This document shows, one piece after another, positions 53,768-64,000 of a stretch of DNA of 64,000 nt. The first letter of the stretch is position 1, and every line of letters begins with the position of its first letter. Source of the DNA: Octopus sinensis (taxonomy: Eukaryota); the NCBI RefSeq assembly GCF_006345805.1, contig NC_043002.1:41044001-41108000 (forward strand), in the 5' to 3' direction. The notes under the pieces were generated by a model, which saw nothing but the letters and a program-made list of their open reading frames with translations, was not told where the DNA came from and made no database searches. A program made the position numbers and the translations under genes.

Positions 53768-54830
53768 GGAAAGAGAGAGAGAGAGAGAGACCGACAGATA
53801 GACAGACAGAGAAAAAGTAAGAAAGAGAGAGTGGAAGGAAAGAGATAGAGAGGTGGAGGAGCGAGGAAGGGAATTTAAGATGTATGATTATACTTATGTA
53901 CTTGAGTTATGTGATATCCTTCAAGTATTTATTTCTCGCTAAGTCATGTGGAATACTATAATTAATAGGAATTTTCCTTTGCTTTATGTTTTAATGTTTT
54001 ATCCACGCTTTAGAAAGCATGGATCATCTGAAGTTCCTCACACTTTTGCCATGGTTTTGCTATTGGATTAGTTACGGCTCTTTCGGTCCGAAGTGATGCT
54101 CTATTCATCAGCGCACAAGTTAAACGCTAAGCATTGCTCCCTTTTACGATATGCACACTTAGTTTTCAATGTCTACATGAGATAAATAATGAATGCCTAA
54201 TTTCAAGAGCACAGACTTTCTCAGCTGATAGCATTTGATATTCAAAAAGATTAATTTGGAATGGACATGCTTCGGGAAGGCCTAATATGCAATTAGCCAC
54301 TCTTTTGATTGGAAAAATAAAGCTGTCGAACCTCATGAAGTGTTTTGAGGAAGACATAGTTCCCCCAATTTAATTATAATTTAACTTGATGCAACATTAG
54401 ATTTAACAAGGCTGCAGAACTTGGCACAGACAGAGAAAGAGCATTAGAGGAAAGCGCCACTGTTGAATACTTAACCGTCTTTTACAATGTGAATTGCTTC
54501 TCACGGAAACGGAAGTGGGTATCGAAGAAGTTGGAAAATTATTGGTCTGTTGCATCCGTAAGGACTCTCATCTCTTCGTGTAAATTGGAGCAAGTCAGCC
54601 TGGTAGAATCAACCCACCTTTTCATCACTCTTCTAGCAAATAAATGACAAGATATATGTCCAACGCTAAGTAGACCTATCTGCTAGAAAGAACAGTTAAA
54701 ATCTCCTCCAAATCATATTCTCCTCTTTTTACTAGGGAGGGACACACTGAATAATGTAGGCCTAGGTGCACAATATTCGACAAAGGGACGGACAGAATTG
54801 TCATGGCTAGAATGGCTTTGTTCATTAGCC

Positions 54831-55248
54831 GGATCTTTTCGATTTGAACGGCAGTTTTTAACATAATTTCTAGGTAACTATACTGGTAGAATGTGTTTAT
54901 AAAACATCTTTTTCTCTTGGATTTATTGAGAACATTCTATAGTTTGTAAGATATTTGTTGTTTTTTTCCTTCAATTTCTGAAATTTCAACCAATCAATGA
55001 CGTCTATTGAGGTGAAAACATTCTGTGCCGTATGAATATGTCCCTCGTTTAAGAAACAGGTTGGGTTTATTTACATTTCTGAAGAAAAAAGATACCCTTC
55101 CCCCCACCCCTAACCCTAACCCTAACCCTAACTAACCCTAACCCTAAAACAGATTGAAATGCAATAGATCGTTACTAGAGTCATAATTATGGGTGACAAT
55201 TTCATATGACACCGCTAGAAAAAACTGCCGTTCAAACCGAAAAGATCC
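54831..55248. mobile_element. MITE with 29-bp TIRs, 8-bp TSD and internal (CCCTAA)n
   Basis: TIRs ggatcttttcg(a/g)tttgaacggcagttttt; TSD cattagcc at 54823-54830 and 55249-55256; telomere-type repeats at 55108-55147. Confidence 0.92.
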
Positions 55249-56017
55249 CATTAGCCTACTCCAGCAGGGCTGACGTGTGGTTAAACAACAACAATGACAG
55301 CAACAACAAAATCGCTGCTTCTTTCAATGACTACAACGGGTCATAAACCCGATGGAAATTTATTTACCAAAAACAGAGATGCTAATGAATTGAGCCATTG
55401 AAAGTTGGTGGATCAAGCTATTGAAAGATGAATATCTTTGAAGAGCATGATATAATTTGGCATATTTGCCGTTGCATTAATCTCCATCCCCAATCGTCTT
55501 GCCACTGGATTCAAGATGGTTACAGATGAAACAATGAAGCTGACGGTGCGCACCTCTCTTCACTTTAAACAAAGTCACCGTGTGTCATTAGTCATCATTA
55601 AAGATGACCTGATACTCGTTGCTTTAACAGATGAACATGTGCAAATAGTAGGCAATTCTCCCTTAAATCGAGCACTATCTCTCGCTGTTAGCGTCATGAC
55701 GGAGTTAAACCTCATACTTATAGCTAAACATATTTTAATTTGTCTATGACTAGAAGGTTTAGCATCTTTTATACTGAGCCTAGTAGATGACAAACTCGGG
55801 AGAGAAAGTAACATGTATCCTTGTTTGTGTTCCGTGTGCGATTTCGCCAAATCTAGCTCGCCTCACAAGATGCATATTGTCCTTCTTTCCCAGAATAAAG
55901 GACGCATTAGATAATGTAGCCTTACATATTGCTAAATAGACAGATGGTCATAGCTAGAATGCCTTTGATAATAGGGGTGGAGGAACTGATTTACCCTCAA
56001 AGACCAGGAACACTTAA

Positions 56018-56263
56018 CCCTTTAACTGCGAAATTAAATTTCATAATTATTCTAGTAGTGATGCTAAATATCTATCAAAAAATAGAATTGGGTATTGTCT
56101 GCAAATCACGTTGGCTTAATAAACTTAACATATCTCAACCTAAAATAGTCTCAAACATGACAAATCCCAACAAAAGATAGATCGGATTTAATAAAACCGT
56201 TTTCCGCAGTAACATGTAATGAAATTTTGATTGGATATATTTGATTCCTGCAGAGTAAAAGGG
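56018..56263. mobile_element. piggyBac-like MITE
   Basis: TTAA|cccttt...aaaggg|TTAA. Confidence 0.7.
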
Positions 56264-56745
56264 TTAAGGAAGACCTGAAAATGCCGTCGGTCCTAAATCT
56301 CTTTATTGGACAAATAGAAAAAAAAAAGAAAAAAAGAAAAATAAATAAATAAATAAATAAACAACAGAAATTAATATTGTCATTAATTTTGTCACGGTTA
56401 TTGCAAATTAGTTTGTCATTTATCGTTTTGAAGTTATTTTCGCACTGGTTTTTTTACAGATTTTTATTATTCTTTTCCTCTCTCTCTCCAGAGCCGGTTA
56501 ACTATTTATTTTAAACGAAACTGACAAAGGTTAAACGGATCTCATCACAAATAAATTATTCTTTGTTCATTCGTTTTGTTTGTGTATGATTCTACCCACT
56601 TCATTTATTTATTTAGTATTTTTTTTTTTTGTATTTTTCACTTTGGTAATTTCATTTTCACGTTAAGTTATACACAAACGCCAAAAGTATATGGACGAAC
56701 AAATAATAGTAATAATAATAATAATGATAATAATAATAATAATAT

Positions 56746-57197
56746 GGGCTACAGCAATATTCTGCTCAATACCACAGATTTGCTTGTCAGTTGTTTGCCT
56801 TAACCAGTTGAGCATGTCCCTTAGTGGCTGCGATATGTGCATCTCTGATCACGAGCAGAAGTAGTGGGGGAGCATCATGGCCATGTGTTGAGAGGGATTC
56901 TTGTGGGGTTTGAATAATTCACCTCTGGAACATAGGTGTTTCGTTCAACTCCTAAGCAACCCTTATCAGGGACCTTTTGAGCAGGATGGGCTACTCACCT
57001 GACGAAAATTCTAACTGGGCCCCACCTGCAAGGTCATGTGCTGTTTATCTTGATATGAATCACCATGTCGCGCACATATGGTTGTGATGCATGTGCCTGG
57101 TGTACCTTTATCAGACGGGTAGTCATGTATGGGTATATTGGGCTTCGTATATTTTACCCCAGTGTCACTTTGATGGCATGAACTGCTCTCCTCACTC
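56746..57197 (+). mobile_element. Unclassified 450-bp interspersed-repeat-like element between (AAT)n runs
   Basis: GC-richer block bounded on both sides by (AAT)n. It resembles a repeat I recall from Octopus, which I could not verify. Confidence 0.5.
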
Positions 57198-57508
57198 AAT
57201 AATAATAATAATAATAATAATAATAAAGAAAATTTTTTGAATATATCTAGTTGGGAGGAACTCGATAATATTGCTGAATATATGACAAAGAGAGTGCGTA
57301 GTCGCTTCAATGTTCTTGCACACACACACACACACACAAGCCTCTCTCTCTCTCTCTCTCTTTTACACACATACACACATGCTCTCACACACGTTAGACA
57401 TGCGTACAAATGTGCGTGTATGTGTGTGTGCGCGCGCGCGTATCTTGTGATGTCAATGAATTTAATTGTGCATGGCAGTTAGAAATCAGAACTAGAAAAA
57501 AATCTATT

Positions 57509-57608
57509 NNNNNNNNNNNNNNNNNNNNNNNNNNNNNNNNNNNNNNNNNNNNNNNNNNNNNNNNNNNNNNNNNNNNNNNNNNNNNNNNNNNNNNNNNNNN
57601 NNNNNNNN
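57509..57608. other. Assembly gap (100 N)
   Basis: Run of 100 N. Confidence 1.
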
Positions 57609-57609
57609 C

Positions 57610-58100
57610 TACTCTGGTAATTTCGAAGCGAACTCATGAGCCAATCTAGGTCAGAAATCGTCTCTCACATATAAACCACATAGGAAAATTTGCAGCATTC
57701 AGGTTATAGTATATCTAGCGGAGTGAGTGTTTCGTCTTAGTAGCAGTTATTTTTCTTATAAGCGGTTTTTGTGATTCTGGTTTCTTGAAGCATGAGCTGC
57801 ACGACCTCATTCTTCTTTATGCTTACTGTAAGGTCAAATTATCCTAAGGCTGTTGAAAACTGATCCCAGTATATTCTTCTCGTTATCTGATTTGAGAGAG
57901 CAGTCATCGGCGAAGAGTAAATCTCCGCGACAGCTTCAACTAGTCCACGTGAAAGGAAGGGTATTCATCGAGGACTTCAAAAATTCCAATACTGTACACT
58001 TCTATTAAAGGGAAAAGAACTGCCGGTCACATAACAACGATAGTTAAATATCCCTGGTTTGTCACCGACAAGATCATGGCTCATGTTCTGCTGAGACATC
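57610..58100 (-). mobile_element. Decayed RTE-clade LINE RT fragment
   Basis: DLLFADDC (FADD at 57903-57914), then DQFSTA..FDLTVSIKKNEV. Confidence 0.65.
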
Positions 58101-58479
58101 TAGAGTAATTACTATTACCCAGAGGAAAGGCATAAAAGCCACGCATTTATTACAGCTAATTAAAATTTAGCGAATCATTTCCCTATTTTTATTAAAGATT
58201 TTAAATAAATATTGAAAAGAGTATAGCGTTAACCCTTTCTACAATGGCTTTTATTAATAGAAGAAAAAGACTTGTCAAAATTTCTTCCTTTGTTGGAATA
58301 AAAATGGACAAATAAAATTTTTTCATGAAAGTAAATAAAAAGTGAATGATTCTTAGTTGTAATGATTCAATTGCAGTTTATACAAAGTACAATTTTAAAC
58401 ACGTAGTATTTGATTAAGCAAGGAAAGTCTGTTTTAAGAAGCTAATATTTTTAAAAGAATCTTTAAGTAAACAACCATC

Positions 58480-59400
58480 CACTCTCAAGAGAGATATCAA
58501 TGAAATTACTTCCGTAACGCAAACAAGTTATGAAGTCTGTAAGTTAATTGTATAGAAAGTGAAACCAAATATTGAAAACTTTTTGTAATAGTGAATAGCG
58601 TATTGTGTATAGTTGCTGCTGCGCGAATTTAATTGTCAGAAAATGTCAGATTGTTTGAGAATATTTGTTTATTAAGGTGGGTAATTTATGACTATATAAC
58701 AGACATAGTTAATTGTATTCAAATGTCTGTGAAACTAACATCAGAGTTTATACATAAGTCGATAGCTGACGATGAGACAACGATTATGGTAAATGCTGTG
58801 CAGTTGGTTGTGTTTATATGTGGAATAAGGGTACATTGTCGATGCACGAAAATTTACTTAATTTAAACTCAATATATGGGCGGAAAAGTTTTAACAAAAG
58901 TTTTCGATTTACTCTACGAAAACTTAGTGACTTAGTTATGAATGGTAAATCCTCTACAACAGGTTTTCAAAGGGATTTTTTTATTTATTAAGAAACAATT
59001 AGAGGGCCGTTAAAATGGACCATAATAGCTTCATAGTATTCCAATGTCTATACACCACCAACATTCTCTAAAAATGAATATGATGAAAACAGTAAGAAAA
59101 TCAATTGATTTCATTAAAAACTAAGAGTCTCAACACAGAGATTTTTAATTAATTTTGAAGGACTTTGCAAAGGAATATGATGATGTGAAAATACTTTTAT
59201 AAGATTTGCTGGTTAAACAAAGGGCACGAACTCAACCATTTCTAAGAGATAAAAGATGAAGTGAAACTCTTGCTAAACGTTAAAGGCATTTCCAAAGTGG
59301 AAATAAAGGACTGTAAATATGTATTATTGCTTTGCAATTTTGGGTCGGTTTCTTTCAACACAAATTCGACAACAACGGCAAAGTATATCCTTCCCTGATG
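58480..59400 (+). mobile_element. Decayed hAT transposase (Charlie/SPIN type)
   Basis: SIADDETT..AVQLVVFICGI resembles FSLALDESTD..AQL.IFIRG. Downstream are CIIHQ-like, KSLNHR-like and WLNKG-like segments in broken frames. Confidence 0.7.
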
Positions 59401-59984
59401 AAATCATAGTAAGACTAGAACATGCCTGGAATTTTCTCTCGTACCCCACGAAATAATTAAGACAATATTAATCGTTTTTATTCTTTTCTTTTACCTGTTT
59501 CAGTCATTTGACTGCGGCCATGCTGGGGACCGCCTTGATTAATTTTTTTCATTATGGCATAAATATTTCTGGTTATCTTTATTTAATGTTATTTTCATTA
59601 GTTCTGATCATCAAATCCTCCTATACTTTTAAACACAATTATATGGCTAAATCCAGTAAACTGTATCACCTTTCAGTGTCGACGATGATGGGGAATTCAA
59701 AGGAAAACGAAAGAAAATAGAGACATAGCTTTCTTTGCTATGCAAGTTAGACATTCGAAATGATCTGTAGGGGACTAAAAACTTTACAATAATCATTGAA
59801 ATTTCATCAAATTGATCCTTAGGTCAAGAGGTGCACCTGAAGTTGTATCAACTGACATCACTTTCAATGGTCCTTTTTAAAAAAAAATGTGGTAAGAACA
59901 AAAAGAAAAAATGATTTCTGTGAGCGTTCCACCTCTCACTCTGTCTCTAACTCTCTTCCTCTTTCTTTTTCTCTTTATATATAT

Positions 59985-60030
<46 letters not shown>

Positions 60031-60210
60031 ATATATATATATTAATATATATATAATATAAGAAAAAAACATCTTTAAATGACGGTCTACTCGTCTGCCA
60101 ACCAAATGGGAAGCAGTTAATTGAAGTAGATGGTGAATATGCTCCGGAATAATCATTTAATGATGTTTTTGTTATTTGTTATTATTGCTTTTATATATAT
60201 ATATATTATA

Positions 60211-60241
<31 letters not shown>

Positions 60242-60389
60242 ATATACATATATACAACGGGATTCTTTCGTTTCCGTCTACCAAATCCACTCACAAGGCT
60301 TTGGTCGGCCCGAGGCTATATAGTAGAAGACAGTTGCCCAAGGCTATACGCAGTGGACTGAACAGGAGGAACCATACAGCCACGCTGTG

Positions 60390-60455
<66 letters not shown>

Positions 60456-60466
60456 TATATATATAA

Positions 60467-60504
<38 letters not shown>

Positions 60505-60549
60505 TTAGGGAATTAATCCAAATTACAGGGAAAAAATCAGATCGAAAAT

Positions 60550-60592
60550 CCACCTGACGAATGTCATTGAAGACATGAAACGATTGTAGTGG
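60550..60592 (+). ncRNA. Type I hammerhead ribozyme motif
   Basis: CCAC-CTGACGA-ATGTC attgaa GACAT-GAAAC-gatt-GTA-GTGG: canonical core with a GUA triplet. Confidence 0.8.
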
Positions 60593-60774
60593 CGGTTTAT
60601 TTCTTTATATTAAAAATTTTTTATGTATTGATTAAGTCTTTCCTTGTTTGTTTTGCAAAATAGTGGTTTTGTCTCGAATTAATATTATATATATATATAT
60701 ATACATACCGGAGTAAGGACATAAATGTGAAACAAGGTGGAAAAAAGAGTACTCAAATACCAAAGGTAGAGTAA

Positions 60775-60978
60775 TATGCTTTATTTAAAAACAGCAGAAA
60801 TATAACAAAAGCTGTTACTCGGAGTTTCCCGTTCCCGTTCGTCAGATGGTTTTGTTAAAATAGAGCCGAAATATTTAGCTAGTTTTGATCTATTTTAACA
60901 AAACTGTCCGACTAACGGGAATGTGAAACTCCGAGTAACAGCTTTTGTTATATTTCTGCTGCTTTTAAATAAAGTATA
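60775..60978. mobile_element. Palindromic pseudo-LTR pair, each arm with a damaged hammerhead
   Basis: 90-bp arms at 60775-60864 and 60889-60978. The cores are CTGACGA (minus strand) and CCGACTA (plus strand), and both are followed by GAAACTCCGAGTAACAG. Confidence 0.8.
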
Positions 60979-61361
60979 TAAATACATATACATATACGTA
61001 TGTATATCCATGTGTGTGTGAGTGCGCACGCGTGTACGAAACTGAAAGTCCTAGAAATGGGTATTGAACTGTAATCTTTAGTGACTGCTACATACAATTA
61101 AATTGGGATCCTAAAGAATTATAACGGTAAGACAGTAAGAAGTATCTGGAAGAGCAAAAATAAGATGTAGGAATTTAGATAACAAAATAAATAAATAAAT
61201 AAATAAGATAAAATAAAACAAACAAACCAAAATTAACCAATGTAATTAGAGCGCTTCGTATGTCGGTTAGGCTACGAAGAATAAATTTGCCGTACATAAC
61301 ACAACTAAAATTATTTCCCAAAGTCTTGTATCTTAAATCCGAGCTTAACTTCCTGAATTAC

Positions 61362-61460
61362 CTACCACTCCATTGGACGTGAATGTTCCATTCAAGTAAC
61401 TTCTCTCCTCCTGCCGGAAGGAACAATGTTTGTTGAAGCGATAGAATCATTGCAACACCT
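61362..61460 (-). CDS. Speculative isolated 99-nt coding exon, product unknown
   Basis: Pyrimidine-rich acceptor ttttatctgtttgttctttag, donor AG|gtaatt, and one open frame GVAMILSLQQTLFLPAGGEKLLEWNIHVQWSG. The protein is not recognised. Confidence 0.25.
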
Positions 61461-62019
61461 CTAAAGAACAAACAGATAAAACCGCCCTTAACTTTCTATT
61501 CTGTATCATTTTACATGCTATACTTCCTTTGTTGAAGCGAAGATATTTGATACAGTAACACATATATTCTCCCTTTTACCCGAAAGCAACAACCTTAACG
61601 CGAAATGGATAAGAGCACAAATAACAACAATAGCTACACTTCTTCACCTTTTGAATTTCAGCACCGTTACCTTTTTAATCTAATTTTATTTTATTTTATT
61701 TTAGGCTTGTGTTGTATTTTATATACCCTCTACATCTTGTAATTTATGAAAAGAAGGGATCTTTACGCCTCTGAACCACCGTGAGCAACATTTCCCTTCA
61801 TACCATAAATATCGGAAATAATAACACTAATAACGTGTATATCTTGGTATGTTAATGACTTAGGAATTATTTCTGAAGGTATTAAGATTTTGTTACAGTT
61901 ATTTTTTGATATTTTTTCACTATTGTTTTTCAACTAAATATGAACAATACAAAACACAGTATATCTTCCATTGACATCATTGTGACGTAAAACAACTTAA
62001 TCTTCAATTATTTTTATTA

Positions 62020-62210
62020 GCTTTTACATTTTACTTGTTTCAGTCATTGGACTGCGACCATGCTGGATACTGCCAAAGATTGTTTAAGTTTGATGCTTAT
62101 TCTGCCAGTCTCTTTTGCCGAACCGCTAGATTACGCGGACGAAAACAAACCAGCACCGGTTGTCAAGATGATTGGGAACAAACACAAACACACATACACG
62201 CACGCACGCA

Positions 62211-62258
<48 letters not shown>

Positions 62259-62410
62259 CACACACACACACTATATTATACGACGAGCTTCCGCACAGTT
62301 TCTGTCTAACAGATTCACTGACACGACTACAATTGCTCAAGGTGTCACGTAGTGAGACTGAAACCGAAGCAAAGTGGTTGCAAAGCGGGCTTACTAAGCA
62401 CACAGCCATG
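62020..62410 (-). mobile_element. SINE family D, diverged
   Basis: Collinear with 21303-21715. Confidence 0.8.
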
Positions 62411-62974
62411 CCTAAGATAAATAGTTGCCGGCATTATTTGTCAATAATTTCTTTTGACAGGTCCATGAACTACATTTTTCTCTAATTTACAAGTTGGCAT
62501 TAGTTGTGTGTGTGTGTGGTTGAAAAGCGTACTTCTCAAACATTTGGCTTGGGGTTCAGTCTCACTATGTGGTACCTTAGGCAAAGTTGGCATTTTTTTC
62601 TAATTTACAAGTTGGCATTAATCGATTAGATTTTCCTCCATACTATATTTCAACTATTTTAAGATTATTATTTCTCTATTAGCATTGAAGAACCCGTTGG
62701 TATCACCATCTGTTATCTTATTCTGCAACATTTTAGAGATGACTAGATTCAAAACTATATTCTTGTGACGATACGTTGGTGTCAACGGCAAAGTAAGGAG
62801 TTATCTGATATGGTGAATAGCATGCAAGAAATAATAAACTACATCTTAGAATCGTAAAAGTCAATGTTTAAATCTTGTTTAATGCAACTTACTCGCTATC
62901 GGCTGCATATTTGCATTATTGTCTTAAACCAAATATATAGGTGATATGTAAAGTTGCGTGTGTGTGTGTGTGTG

Positions 62975-63131
62975 TGTGTGTGAGTGGTTGAAAAGTGGAC
63001 TTCTCAAACATTTGGCTTGGGGTTCAGTCTCACCGTGTGGAACCTTAGGCAAATGTCTTCCACTGCAGCTCCAATCCAACCAGATCCTTGTGAATGGATT
63101 TCGTCGGCGGAAACTAAAAGAAACCCGTCGT

Positions 63132-63135
<4 letters not shown>
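62975..63135 (+). mobile_element. SINE family D, 5' half
   Basis: gtggttgaaaag..gggttcagtctcac..ccttaggcaaatgtcttc..cggaaactaaaagaaacccgtcg. Confidence 0.7.
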
Positions 63136-63194
<59 letters not shown>

Positions 63195-63765
63195 TAACAA
63201 TAAATCTAGATTTATGCCGAAATCTACTTGGTGTAATTAATAATTATTCCAAATTAATTAATTTCACCCTTTATTGTTACTGATAACCATATTTTATCCC
63301 AGTAAATGACCACAGCATCTTGTCTTGGCTGCACGCGGGTGGAAAGGGGCTGGTGACACAAACTTTCATTCACACTTTGAATTTCGTGGTACTGGTAATG
63401 CTTTGGCTCGGTCTGACACTGAGTTGAGATAATGCTTTCTAGTATCTCAAAATTTAATATACAATTATTCATAATTGTAGTATCCTACGCTGATGAGAAA
63501 AGAAGTTTGGGTAAGGTAGAATTTTCTAATTCTTATGCTTTCCTAAAACTTGATTTCCAAACGTACGTCCGTAGGTAACTTAAAATTGTATGATGGATTG
63601 CCGTCATTTCATTCTTTCTTACCTGTCTGTGTTTGCCTTTCAAGTGCTGTGTTTTTTACTGAGATCTCCCTTTTAGTAGAAAGAATAGCTATAACTCTTT
63701 GACTGCTATTTCTAAATTCGGTGTGGTGAGGCAATTCGTTGCTAAACCCTTAATTGCTTAGTATT

Positions 63766-63902
<137 letters not shown>

Positions 63903-64000
63903 TGTACTCGCCCGTCGAAGACGATGTATGAGCGTTCAGGTTTTTTCGGAACAACTTGCACAAATGAATTGTTTATAGTGACCAAATGTGTGTGTCGTAC

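Larger units (their letters stand above)
51662..55895. repeat. Long-range inverted repeat (51662-51878 and 55680-55895)
   Basis: Arms of about 217 bp with high identity, 3.8 kb apart; no target-site duplication seen. Confidence 0.88.

Overview
This 64 kb window is AT-rich animal genomic DNA, intergenic or deep intronic, and consists almost entirely of microsatellites and decayed transposable elements. There is one 100-N gap at 57509-57608. The SINE families resemble those I recall from Octopus genomes; this is an inference, not a search result. No intact host gene is supported. The long ORFs in the track are translations of simple repeats, and there is only one speculative 99-nt exon. Recognisable elements are: at least four tRNA-headed SINE families; R4/Dong-type, CR1-group, RTE, I/Jockey-group and HERO-like LINE remnants; several Penelope-like elements (GIY-YIG endonuclease, pseudo-LTRs); mariner, rosa, hAT and piggyBac-like DNA transposon derivatives; and a Helitron-like non-autonomous element. 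The most notable signal the ORF track misses is a dense set of type I hammerhead ribozyme motifs, about 8 well formed and about 8 degenerate, from several unrelated repeat families, often in inverted pairs. One lies inside a tRNA-headed SINE-like unit bounded by an 8-bp target-site duplication (52710-53082). All structures and protein similarities were read by eye, and none has been checked computationally. Boundaries of decayed elements are approximate.
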